Shown piece by piece: positions 1 to 12,500 of a stretch of 64,000 nt of DNA; position 1 is the first letter of the stretch, and every line of letters begins with the position of its first letter. Under the pieces are notes generated by a model. It did not search any database. It had not been told where the DNA came from and saw only the letters and a program-made list of their open reading frames with translations. The position numbers were made by a program, and so were the translations under genes. Source of the DNA: Amoebophrya sp. A120 (lineage: Eukaryota > Protista > Dinoflagellata); contig CAJINV010000014.1 of the NCBI GenBank assembly GCA_905178155.1, positions 186,001-250,000 of the forward strand. The letters run 5' to 3'.

Positions 1-239
1 GATGCTACCCTTCGACCATGCAAAAACCTGTATTGCAGGAGCAGCAAATTAATAAAGACACGGACATGCTTGCCACCCGGAGCAGGGCACTTCACATGCA
101 GGACAGGCATGGGCCAGCTTTATTTGGAAAAGCTGTGATGCTACTAAAGCTTGCATCACTTCACAGACATTGCAGCGGGTGGTCGTGTACAAGCTGCATG
201 AAAAGCTTCCAGACCAAGACTATATATTTGAATTTGATA
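1..239. mobile_element. Introner family A (partial, left end outside window)
   Basis: Degenerate right TIR TTCCAGACC...TTTGATA. Confidence 0.7.
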
Positions 240-3200
240 GCAGGTCACAGGCAATGGCTTTCTCGTCGCCGTTGCCGATAAATTTCCGACAGGGTGCCCC
301 GCCCGCGCCAGTTTCACCGAAGTTCGCGTCCGGTTATGAATTGCAAAAGTATCGTACTCGTATAAATCTAAATGCATGACAAATTCCCTCCGCATGAGAA
401 AAAAAAAATGTCATGCGGATTTACCTTGGGAAGAAAACTTGTAATGCATGATTGCAAATACCACGAGTACGATACTTTTGCACATGATACCGATTTCACG
501 CCGACAACAAGGTAGGCGTCGTCCACATTGTCCTCATAGGTTCCGTTCACTGCGCGGTCTTGCAGAGGATCCGTCACAATGGACAAATCCTGCTCCCCGT
601 CGGGAGCTGTATGGCCTTCTCAACTGTTACATTCTCAACTGTTACATGGATTTGTCATGCAAAAGCACCATTATCATCCTCACGATCAAGCTGCTCCGCA
701 TGACAAATCTGCGGAGGGCTAAATAGCACTATAATCCGTCCCAAATCTGTAATGCAAAAGGCGCAATCTTCCTCCTTTCACTATTGCCCTTCTTGCATTG
801 CAAATTCGTGTAATAGTTGAGAATGTATACATTTGAGAACGCCATAAGCTGCGCGGCAGGCGTTGAGGTCCGTCCAGGTGAACAGGGAGGCGACGCCGCA
901 TTTTTTATTGTGAGGAAAAATCTCCCCTCCCCATATTGAAAGCGCATCCTTCTGAAAATTTGCAATGCAGATTTGTGACCACAAATCCTGTCTGTCTTGC
1001 AAGAAGGCGAATCCTGAGAGTCCGCCGCATTATGCAGGCGGTTTGTGATGCTCTTGGGCTACTTAAAGCCTAGAGATTTGGCATGCTAGGTGCCCACGTC
1101 AAAGCCTCTGGGCAGCTCAGGCTTGGCATATGCCTGCAGTCCTCTACTGCAGCACAAATCTGATTTGTGTACGGAAATCCAGCAGCAGAAATTTCGTTCT
1201 GATATGTTGGGGAGGTGGGACTTTTCCTTTTGATACTTTTTGGGACTCAAGGTGAGGAGCTGCACCTCCACGACCACCATGGGAGAGCCCGTCAGTTCCA
1301 GCTGCCACCAAGCGCGGGGAAAGGCCGCACCAACCGCGGGCGCGCCGGAAAACATATGAGAGTGCACAACTCCACCCCCTCCCCCTCATTTGTCATGTAA
1401 AACCCCAAATCCAAGTGCTTCTCTGTGGCACTGTTTGCATGACAAATTCTGAAAGCCCAACCAGTACGACACTAGGCACATGAATTTGTCATGCACAGGC
1501 TCCACGTGTGGGTGTGCTGGTGTCTGTATTGCTGTTCATGCAATACAAATGAGGGGGAGGGGGGGTTGTGCATTTTCATAAAACAACGCGCCGGCGCTGA
1601 AGGGGTAGTTGGTGGAGAAATATCCCGAATTCACTTCCTCAATAATTTGCAATACCGTATTCCCAATCTTCTGAATGGTCGGCTGCGACTTTTGGTCCAT
1701 GCCCCTGTTTATGCATTGCAAACATGATACGACGTCCTGGGCCTGGAAGTAGAATGCGAGACTTCTTGTCATGCGAGTTGTCTAGCGCGACACTGAGCTC
1801 TGTCTTGCGTGGACAGCAAGAGCTTCTCTTGTCTGTCATGCGAGAACTACGCTGTTTGTCATGCGGAATACGCAACTACACGGAACCTCCACGAAAAAAT
1901 CTGTCATGCTTAGCGGCGCATGAGAGTATGCTTTTCATCACGACTGATATGCATCACAAGTTTCCAGACCCAACACCAGACATAAGTATTTGCAATGGAT
2001 ACTGTCCGCCGAGAAAACTGCGTTCAGACCCATGTCCACGTAAATTTTTTCCCGTACTACAGTTGCAACTGCGGTTTCTGCATCACAAAACTTGTCTCTC
2101 ATCCTAGTCTGCATCACACATAGCGTTTTACGCTTTAACTTTGCAGAATCTATTGTGATGCATTTTGTGCAACATGTTGTACGGGACCACTAAATTTGTC
2201 TTGCATAACCCACGCTCGAGACGTACGTTGACGGCAGATCATTGCTCTGCGTTGCGGTTCCGCTAAGCGGGGATATTGTGAGGAAAAATCCCCCCACCCC
2301 ATATCAAAACGAAGTTTGTAATGCTGGATTTGCGTACACAAATCAGCTTTCTCTTGCAGAAAGTACTTGGCGGCACTTCCTAAGCCTGTTCGGGTATGCA
2401 GAAGGCTAGCAATAACGCATGGAAGACGGGTTTGCAGTAGCCGAAAGCGCATGACAGATTGGCTTTGGAATGCGCCACATGGCTCCTATTGCCCTATAAG
2501 GAAGACAGAGATGATTTGTGACCACAAATCAGCATCACAAATGTTTATATTTGATATGGGGAGGGGGGATTTATTTTCATGTTGATAGGGGACTTCTTCT
2601 TCTTTTTCTTCCGGGACAGCAGGACTTTTTTCCGGAAGGCCGCAATTTCTTTCTCCGTTGCCTTTTTCCTATCGCTTGCCATCAGCTGCACGTGGTCAGA
2701 CCAGGCGGCAATCGCCTTGGCCCTCTTTGTTGATTCGTATCCAGGAAAAATAACACACCCATCCACATCCAATTTTTCATGAAAAACACGTATAATGCCC
2801 TGCGCCTGTCATGCAAAAAATGGATGGGGATGGGTTTTTTTCTCCGGATAATTCGTCCAATTCCGCTATGCGTTCCCGGAGCACATTCTCCGCTTTCTTT
2901 TTCTCTTCCGCCGTCAGGTGCTTCTCATTCTCCAAGGTCAACGCCACACGACCATCTTATCGCAGGAAAAAACTGTTTCACTGTGATGATTTTGCAAGAT
3001 CTGCATCACAAGTTTGTTACACATGGCACAGAAAATTTGTCATGCGCACTTCCCAAGGGAAAACGCCCTTAAAAATCAAATGTCTTGCATGTTTAGCAAG
3101 ACAAATAGTTTTGTGTTCCATTCCATGCATCACAAGTTCACAGTGAAACAGTTTTTTCGTGGGATACATCTTCCTGTGCCTTCATTTTCTTTTTGAGTTC

Positions 3201-6200
3201 CTCCGCTGCTTCTTCTTCTCTATGCCGTGCCTCGTCCTTATGGATTGCAAAAGTGTCTGGGTCTGAAAGATTGCAACTTGTCATGGTAAATCTGAAGCAT
3301 GAAAAAATCTGTGTTGCATGAGTGCCAAAAGCTGTCCACTTTTGACCAAGTTCGAAGGGAGTTTCTCACGCAGGACAGGCATGGCGGAGACCTCGCAGAG
3401 TCTGCCATGCTAAGTCCCGCATTCCAGACCTCATGGGTCATGGAAAATCTGCATCACAAGTCTACACTTTTCCAGACCCAGACACTTTTGCGCTTGATAG
3501 TCCTGCTCCTCGATCTTCTTTACCAGCTCCACGGCGTCCTCTTGCGCTATGGCGCTCTCAACTGTTACAATCTCAACTGTTACATGAATTCGTCATGCAA
3601 AAACAGCAATAGGGAAAGGGGTGAGCTTGCAAGTCTTGCATCACAAATCTGGCACAGATTTAGATGCTATCTAGCCCTTCGATAATTTGTCATGCTGAGC
3701 AGCTTGATTGTCTTGCGGCTTATGGTCATTTTGCATGACAAATCATGCAACAGTTGAGAATGTAACGTTTGAGAACGCCATATGCGCCTGCGCCAGCTCG
3801 GCCGCCTCTTCCCGAGCGTGCTTCGAGAACGTATCAACTGCAAAAGCGTCTGGGCCTGGAAACTTGTAATGCTAAGAATGAATGATAGACGCACTGCAAT
3901 ACGCAGCTAAGCATGACAATTTTTTTGGCTGCCATGTCTTACGTATTCCGCATGACAAACTGCGTTTCTGCATGACAGGTAAGAGGGCGTTTTCGTGCCT
4001 ATACAACACACATTCTCGAGTCATGCCAGACTAGCATGACAAATCTGGCATTCTTCCAGACCCAGACATTTTGGCATTTGATAGAACGACGCTTTTAACC
4101 AGTCCTCCCCCTCGCGCTCGCCACACAAAAAATCCATTTTGCACGCCGTCTCCGCCTCCTGCTTCTTTCGCTCGGGGGTTTTCTCTATCCTGTGCAAAAG
4201 TATCGCACTCGTATAAGTGCAAGTCTTCGTTCGTTGTGGATCGGCTCTGCCGACCGGGTAACCCAACGCCTTGCATATAAATGACCGACTTAGGCGAACC
4301 CCGTTGCGGGCATACAAATTGGCCGTACGGAAGGGCCCTAAGCGCTACATACATAGTTCACCCTAAGCGCCTACCACTTCGGTCTGGGACCTCGTCTACC
4401 TGATCCTGGGGGTCCACAGCGCACTAGCCCTTTGCTAGCATAAACAGACTGGGTTCTAAAAACTGACTTAACTCCCTCCATCCTTTCAACAGTAAGGCCA
4501 TCATAAAGGTGCGCTAAAAAAGGTTCGGGGCGCTCCGTACGGAAGGGAGCCTTTCGACGCGGCGTACACTCTCCTGGAGAGGTTTACGCGGAACACGGAT
4601 GGGCCGCGCACGCAACTCAGTCGAGGAGGACACACGCTATCCTCAATAACAGAGGCGGTAGTCCCTCACGGCGGCTGGCCTGTCTGAAGACTGTAAGCCC
4701 CACCTCCCATCTTCCCGGTTCGTCAATGACTCGGGCGAGCCATGTTACTTAGACTCCCCGCACATGCAAATATGGGACGGCTGGGGGGGTTTAAAAGGTG
4801 CTCGCGCCGTTCATGATCTACTATAAAAGAAGTCTTGCATTACAAATCTTTTTCTTATCGTAAATCCGCATGACAAATTTTATTTCTCATGCTGAGGAAA
4901 TTTGTAATGCATTTATACGAGTGCGATACTTTTGCAATGCATATTCTCGATGTTGAACTGGAGTTCCAGCTTGGAGGAAGCTCCTGCGGCTGAAGCAGAT
5001 GTTGACCTCGTCCCGCTCTGCCGCTTCATGGAGCTCGCAATGGTCGTGCTGTCCACAGCACCTCCAGTCGCATCTTTGCTGGTCCTCTTGGACCGCGACG
5101 TCTTGGTCGACGTCCCTGCCCCCGCACTTTGTTCACTTTCATCCTTCTGCGTAGAAGTTGTAGTGTCTGTTCTTGCACCAGCTGAAAAATTCTCCGAGAA
5201 GATCTTTTCTGCTACGCCCTTGAAAAAGCCGACAAACTCTCCCACTGCCGAATTCGTTTTCGTTTCATGTTGCGCGGAAGAAGAATGCGTGCCAGAAGTA
5301 GTTCCTCCTTCTTCTTGTAGCTCCTCGAGGACCTCCTGGTGCTCGCCCTGTTCTACTGCTTTCGCGGTGGAGATCATATTATCCGCATGATTTCTACTTC
5401 CTGTCGACGTTTCTTGCTGCACCACGTTCAGCTTCGCTGCAGGAAGTGCGACCTCTACCGATGGTCGACTTACTTTCGCTTTCGCAGGCACATCCAGCAC
5501 CCACTGTGAACTCCAACTGGCGGGATGAGCTTGCCCTACCCGTGGCAGTGCCTACAGTCAACATCTTCTCGTCATCTGTTGTTTTCTCATCCTGCTTTCG
5601 CTTCTCGCTTCGACTTGCTGTGGTCGAGCTTTCTTATCCTGCTCGTTGTCGTGCTTCGTATTTTTATCCGTAGATTTTTTACCTTTCCGGAAAGACTCGG
5701 TCAAAGTTGCAGTTGCACTTCTACCAGGAGCTTCATCTCCGGAGGTGGTGGAGGGCATTTTTGTGGCTTCAATTTCATCTGAAGACGCAGCTGCGGCTTT
5801 TTCTACTGAAGCGTCACTTGTCATTTTTGTGGCAGATGTTGAGGACGCCGCTTTTTCTTGGTCTTTATTCCGAGGCCCATCAACATCGAGGAGCTGAAAG
5901 CGCAGTTGCTGATTTGTGCCCGTGGTGGTCTTGATTATTTTCTTCTTTCTTCGCTGTTTCTTTGACCGAGGCAGAGGTCGTTCTTGGTCGTTTTCTGCTC
6001 TTTGCTGCGGTACTAACGGTTGTAGAGGTAATTCTTCTAATTCGCCTCTTGCCAAGTCTTGTTCGCGACGCTGCTGCTCCTCTGGTGCTGGTGCTGTAAG
6101 TCGTTTATCGGTGCTCTTTGACGTTCCTTCTTCAGCTGAGATCGCAACTTCGGATAGTTGTAACCGTGGAGCAGCAGTGTCACCAGTCGTGCCACTTTGT

Positions 6201-8500
6201 AATGTGCTCGCGCTCGTTTCTTTACCAGTTTTCGTCCCCTGCTCGGTTTTCCTCGTTGTCGCGCTTGCCCGCAATTTGCGCTCCCGTGTTAAAGATCGTC
6301 TTGTTCCCACGTCTCGCTTTATTGCCTTCAACGTCGGCAGTGTGGAGGTGGTTGCGGGAGAAAAAGCGGAGACGAAGAACACGGGTCCTCGTCCACCTCT
6401 GTAGTGATGTTTTTGTTCTTCCAGTGGAGCAGGGAATGATTGCTGCAGTAGCTCCTGCGTGGACGTCGACGCCGGGGTGCTACTTCTCTCTTCGTGAAAG
6501 AACAGACTGCTTGTACTTAAGCTTGATTGTTGAACCACAGAACTTAGTCCGTGTCCGTGAAGATGATCATGATCTTCAAATAAACCGGCGGGAAATAAAA
6601 GCTGCAGGTCCGAGAGGAACACGACCAGGATCAGCACGCAAGAACAACTCAGCGCAGCATGATACACGGTGGCCGCGGCAGCACAACAGGACCATCTGAC
6701 TTTTCGTTTGTTCCGAGAGAACATGCTGGAGCTGGCTCGGCTTGATGTTCGCGCTAGAGATCTCCTCGGAGTACTAGAGGTGGCAGGAGTGTAGTCCAAC
6801 ATATTGCTGTTGATCATCGAAAAGCGAGAAGAAGAAGAACTACAAGTTGATGAAAAGGATAAATGGCTCCTGGTGGAGCAGGCCAAGTGTTGCGCTCCCG
6901 CTCTTGGAATTGATGTTTCTCTCGACGCCGCTCCTGCTGCAGTGGGGTTATTCCTTCTTTTTGCTTTTCTTCCAATGCGGAGCACGGTGAAACTACCAGT
7001 ATTGCAGGAAGAACTCCTCCTGCGCGGTCCAACGACACTCGTCTTCACTGGGGGTGTTATTCCTGACACTCGCCCGTGTCGATCTCGTGCTCTTCGTCCC
7101 GGGTTTGCGTTTGGTGCTCGGCGTGCACGAGAGTTTCCACATGTTCTTGCGCTGTCCATGTTCTTTGTCTCTGATATTACATCTTGATCTTCACTTTGGC
7201 CCGCATGATATTTCCATCCGTCGCCGCATTCTGTTCTGCATTTTTTTCCCGAAGGCGAAGGTGCTGTTGGGTCGGCGCGTCGACTGTTTGTTTTTCTTAC
7301 GAGATCCGCATCGATCTTCAGATTTTGTTTTTTTCTTCCGCCCGATATTACAAGTTGCATTTGCACCCCATCATCTACTTCCGAACGCATACCACAGTAT
7401 GGAGTCGCATAGCAGCTCCTGCTGCGACCACCAGAATCTTCGCCTTCGGAAGAGCACGTCTTTGGTTCGCTGCAGCTGCTCCTATTCCTATTGCTTGCTG
7501 AAGGTCGTGGTCCCCGCCGCTGGAACAACTTCTTCGCTGCGCACAACGTCGCTGCGCGGGCTTGTTCTTTCAGGGGGTTCTTTGTCCTCTTCTGTGTCCA
7601 GCTGCGCGAGGGCTTCCGTGAGGACGGGGTCGGGGGGGAGAAGGTTGATAAAAGCAAGTTCGGTGTTGAGATGAAATTATCAAAACTAGTCGTCCTCGTC
7701 GTCGCCTTGGCCGGTCCTGCTCCCCGCGTACTACAAAAAGAAGTAGTACTAGTTGTAGTCGGCCCCTTGTAATAAAAACTACGGGGCGCCTCATCTACAA
7801 CTTCAGTGCGGCCTTCGTTGTCACTAGTTTCGTCCTCGCGTCTACTTCTACTTCTACTCAGCTCCGTACGTGAGTGCGTCGTTATTTTCTCAACAGCACC
7901 AGCCCCGTGCTCCTGCTCGCGTCGGACAGCTGTGTGACTCGTCAGCCCGGTTAGTAGAGCTCTCCTCGTGTTTTTTAGTATGCTATTTAACACCTCCACA
8001 TCTTCTCGTTGATCACCACGGGACGGGGGCGAATTAGAAGTAGTATTAAAACCAGTCTTTGTTCTTGGGACCTCCCGTCCGCAGACGCCGGCGCTGTTTG
8101 GTCGTCTCCACCTCGATGACATCGAACTTGGGGCGAAACTTGTTGAGGCCGCGCGTGCGGTTCTAGTACTCGGAGCACGATAAACGGGGAGGTGCTCCTC
8201 CTCGTCGGAAGCACAAGCAGGCCGTCCGGCTTCCTCTCCCGCCCACAAAGAACTGGACGTACTTGATGATGTTCGTCTACTTCCGGAGCAGGAAGTCGAA
8301 CTACGATCATAACAAAAATCAGATGAACTTCTAGAAGATGTTGCACTCCTGCAGCTTCTATTTCCTTTTTTCGGCCGTTTGTTTTGACCTTGGTCCTCGT
8401 CCCCACGGGTGCCGGCACCAGATCGAGCAAAGGATAACATCGCCGAGGAAGTAGAGCCTGCAGCCGGCCGTGAAGATGAAACACTGCGCGGCTGCAGCAT
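240..8500 (-). CDS. Large hypothetical multi-exon protein (3' end beyond window start); low-complexity N-terminus, one hydrophobic segment, coiled-coil region, weak F5/8-type/fucolectin-like motif
   Basis: ORFs 5558-8500 and 4913-5500, then small exons between introners join in frame after removing element plus one TSD (...FNIEKTPERKKQEAE...SFSKHAREEAAELAQAQEDAVELVKKIEEQDEARH...FPRAWWQLELTGSP...KAIACDL). The junction near 5500-5600 is unresolved. Confidence 0.7.
335..489. mobile_element. Introner family B
   Basis: TIR TAT..TGCAAAAGTATCGTACTCG; TSD CCGGT/CCGAT. Confidence 0.9.
610..846. mobile_element. Introner family C
   Basis: TIR TATGGC.TTCTCAA...ACATTCTCAACT; TSD AGCTG. Confidence 0.92.
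906..1235. mobile_element. Introner family D
   Basis: TIR TAT...AGGAAAA.TC.C.CCTCCCC; TSD TTTTT/CTTTT. Confidence 0.88.
1355..1580. mobile_element. Introner family I
   Basis: TIR TATGA.A.TGCACAAC...CCCCCTCATTTGT; TSD AAACA. Confidence 0.9.
1710..2001. mobile_element. Introner family H (A-related)
   Basis: TIR TAT.CATTGCAAA; TSD CTGTT/CTGTC. Confidence 0.85.
2033..2207. mobile_element. Introner family L
   Basis: TGT...ATA ends with AAATTT..TCCCGTAC inverted core; TSD ACCCA. Confidence 0.82.
2274..2587. mobile_element. Introner family D
   Basis: TIR core AAATCCCCC.CCCCATATCAAA; TSD GGGGA. Confidence 0.9.
2738..2850. mobile_element. Introner family E
   Basis: TIR TATCC.G.AAAAA..ACCCATCC.CATCCA; TSD ATTCG. 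Confidence 0.92.
2958..3166. mobile_element. Introner family J
   Basis: TIR TATC.CA.GAAAAAACTGTTTCACTGTGA; TSD CATCT. Confidence 0.92.
3239..3499. mobile_element. Introner family A
   Basis: TIR GCAAAAGTGTCTGGGTCTG; TSD GTCCT. Confidence 0.92.
3548..3782. mobile_element. Introner family C
   Basis: C-type TIR; TSD TGCGC. Confidence 0.92.
3832..4083. mobile_element. Introner family A
   Basis: A-type TIR; TSD GAACG. Confidence 0.92.
4186..4943. mobile_element. Introner family B carrying a nested 602-bp insertion
   Basis: B-type TIRs; TSD TTCTC. Confidence 0.9.
4228..4829. mobile_element. Unclassified nested insertion
   Basis: Flanked by AAGTCTT at 4221-4227 and 4830-4836; this site is single-copy in another B element (10547-10695, reverse orientation). 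No TIR seen. Confidence 0.8.
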
Positions 8501-9593
8501 AAATAATTCTCTTGTACTAACCGAAACCGTTGCAGTCTATCAGACGTTGATCATCGGGGCCGGATTTTTGCAAATCATGTCGGGGCGGAAGCGGATCAAA
8601 AGTTTTGCTCCGGCAGGGCGGCGCTCCGGTTGGGTGGGTTTGCGTGTTGTTCCCATATCTTCAAACACATACACTCCCTTGTATTGCTGCTGCAAAATGA
8701 GTAATTTCCTTATGAGAGACAGAAATTACGATACGGATGCCAACGAGGAACACCGCCATCGGTAGTTCTAGGTAGAGGTTGCGCATAGGTTATGTAATCC
8801 TACTCGCCTCTCTCTCTTTCTGTTTCTCTTTGGAACTTTTTTTTTGTTAGCCGCTTCACACTCGGTCCGGCAGTCGCAGTCTATTCCGACTCACAGCTGT
8901 AAATATTTTTTTCCTACTTCGAAACCTTCGTCCAAAAAGCCCTAACATCTCCCTGGCCCGCAACTTCACTCAGCACGCCCTGCCTCTGCCTCCCGTCCAA
9001 CGGCGGTCTTGCGGTTTTCGTTCTTTCTGTTCATCATCCAGACTAACAACTTGAACTTGAAGACGACGCACATTAGATCAACACCTGCACAGGAATCACT
9101 GGCTCTTTTTTGGTATGAGATTACTTCGATCCACTGCTCCGTGTGTCAGACAGAAATCTTAGCCACCGGCGGTGCTGACCGAGCCGAGATCCGACTCCTC
9201 CGTAGCACTAGACCACCAGAGCACGACATCTTCAATCGGACTATTGTTTGAAATTTGATTTCTCCTGTGCGAGGGCACGGGCTGCAAGTCACTTTTTTGC
9301 GAGTTTAAATATCGGATTCCGTTATTTTTGGGCTTCAGTGCATTGCACAATTTTGTGCACGTACTTATGATCATTACTTCCTGCTACCGTCCGTGTATTC
9401 ATCTGGGACTGTGTCGTGATTCAAATCCCTCATGTTGAAGAGGAAGAGGGGTTTAACTTTTTCTATTCTGTACTTACAGTAAAAGTAATGAAATTCATCT
9501 CCTTCATGTTCATGCCGATCCTAAGCCAAAATTCAAACCATATAATTTTTAAATTTGCCACGACGAGTCCAGCACACTCATCTGCCGGGCGTG

Positions 9594-12500
9594 TTACACA
9601 ATCGCATCGTCCGTGGTTTTTATTTTCATTTCTTGGTGGCCCCCGCTCCTTTCGGCGTTATTGATAGCGTCAAACGCTGCCGCTTCCTCAGCAAATAAAG
9701 AAGTATCGTAAGGAAAAATCCCCCTCCCCATATCGAAAGCGTACCCGTCTGAAAATTTGTGATGCGCATTTGCGACCTCAAATCCTGTCTGTCTTGCAAG
9801 AAGGCAAGTCCAGAAAGCGTTCCGCATTTTGCAGGCGGTTTGTGATGCTGTTTGGCTTAGAGCATACACGTTTGCCATGCTAGGCGCCTACGTCAAAACC
9901 TCTCGACTGAGGCTTGACATATGCCTGCATTCCTCTACTGCAAGACAAATCTGATTTGTGTATGGAAATCCAGCATCAGAAACTTCGTTTCGATATGGGG
10001 AGGGGGGATTTTTCCTCACAATAAGAAGCACTACTTATTCTATCACTGTTGTCGGTCTCCAAGAAAGCCGAAGCGTCCGCGGAATCTAGTACTCCAGCAC
10101 GGCTCCCGTCCTTTGCGGGTCTCGTGATTTTCAGCAGTGCCCGCAGCTCGGCAGGCGTGAGACTGCCGCTGCGCTCGTATCTGTCCTCACCCATGTGCTT
10201 CAGGCAGGTGTTTACCGTCTATGCGAATGCACAACTGCTCGTCCTCGTGCTCCCCCACCTCGTCGTCCCGCTCAACATTTGTATGTTGGCATGAACAGCA
10301 ACAGAAAACCAGCACAGACATATTAGCTTCTGCATGACAATAACTTTAGCGTAGCAGGCGCGGTGGACAACTGTAGTGCTGTCTGCAAGATTATGCATAG
10401 CTTGCCGAAGAACCAAGTTGTCAACGCGGGCAGTATTGCAATTTTGCAATACAAACAACGGCGGGCATCAGGGGCGGGAGTCGACGCGTTGTGGTCCCTC
10501 ATACCGTCGGGTGTTGATCCGACCGGTTTTGTGCGCCGGGGGTATCTATGAACTGCAAAAGTATCGTACTCGTATAAATGCATCACAAACTTCCTCAGCA
10601 TGAGAGATAAAATTTGTAATGCGGATTTACCTTAAAAGACAGATTTGTAATGCAAGACTTGCATTTATACGAATACGATACTTTTGCACAGGATAGTATC
10701 GAAGAGTACGCGATCGTACTGCAGACAGCCCTATCAACTGCAAAAGTGTCTGGGTCTGGAAGATTGCAACTTATCATGCTGTTTTTGGACTCTAAAAAAA
10801 TTTGTATTGCGTGACCAGCAAGAGGAGTACAGTTTGTGCTACACGGACAGGGCATTTCTCATGCGGGAGGTGCATCAGGAAGCCGTTTAAAGGTCTGCAA
10901 TGCTAGGTCATGCATTACAGACACCACGGGTCATGAGAAATATGCATGACAAGTCTTGCATTCTTCCAGACCCAGACATTTTTACATTTGATAAGCCCTC
11001 CTCTGAGAGTTTGGAGCAGCCGTAGTGAAACTCGTAGTACCCGTATCGAAGAAAAAAACGTTGTTAGTGTAACTTTGTGATGCGCCTCCTGCAAAATGAT
11101 TGCGGCTGTCAACATGCTGGGCATGCACTGCAATGTCCACTTCTCAAGCGCGTTTTTGCGTAGTTTACAGTCTGCGCATGACATAAACAGACTGTGCTAC
11201 TGCGGGCGGGACATTGTGTATCAGGTGAATTGATCAACCCGAAGACGCCGCCCCCCCGGGCCCTATGGACCTGGCACTCCCCACTATACTCCTCACACAA
11301 AACGCCACCAATACAACTATAGGACATAGCCAACCACCCCGGAGCACCAGCACCAGCAACGGGGACGGAAACGGCGCAGCCCACTTCCATGACAGGTTTT
11401 CGCTCTGACAGGTTTTCGCTCTCATGCCAGACGTAATGCTGTTCCTCCATCAAAAAAGTTCTTACATACACCTATCAATTTTTTTCCTGGATAACCCGGC
11501 CGCCTGGTGCGTGGGGCAGCAACAGTACTGCACGTAGCTGATGGCTCGGTCGACCGTTTTCCGATCGTCGGGCTCCAGTTGGTCTAGATTATGGGAGTGT
11601 CAGGATTGAAATCGACAAAGTTGAAATAGTTTGTCATGCATGAAACCGATACCAGTTGGAAGCCCAATTTCCAAGCGGCGCATGACAAATTTCGGCACCG
11701 TCTAAATCCAGTTTGTCATGCTGCTTAGGGACAGAGGGCGTCTTTTGTCATGCTACTTTAGCAGCTCAATCGCAGACCCCAAACAGGCTGACAGTCGGCC
11801 TCACTTGCCATTCCTGCAAGACAAGTCACTTCGCGCCTTGCATTTTATGCATGAGAAATCATTTCAACTTTGACGATTTCAATCCTGACACTTCCATATA
11901 GATTCAGTTTCCGGTACACGGTTTTGTAGCTGGGAAACAGATATCAAATGCAAAAGTGTCTGGGTCTGGAAGAATGAAACTTGTCATGCTGATTTTGGAT
12001 TCTAAAAAAATCTGTATTGCATGAGCAGCAAAGAGAGTCCAAATTTTGCAGCACGGGAAGGGCATTTGTCATGCAGAATAGGCATCAGGAAGCCCTCTAA
12101 AAATCTGTGATGCTAGGGCATGCATCACAGACTTGAGGAGTCATGCGAAAAGTGCATGACAAACCCGGAAATCTTCCAGACCCAGACATTTTTACATTTG
12201 ATAACAGAAACAGATTCTTGGCCACGTCGGCGTAAGCGTACCGGTGCATGGGCTCGCAAACCGCGTCCCGCTCAAACGCACCAAGCGAAGAAGGCTCCGT
12301 GAGCCGGCAGAGCTTCACTTGTTGCGCCATGATGTCGTCGCCGTCGTGCTCTTTCTCGGGGTCTATGTCTTTCAGGTGCTTCTGCGCCTGTCGCGACAGG
12401 GTGTCGTTGCCTTTCGGCGCCACGTCGACCAGGGTGATGGGCGTTCGCTTCTTGGTAATTTTCAGAACCTCCACGTCGTCGTAACAGCCGGAACAGGACA

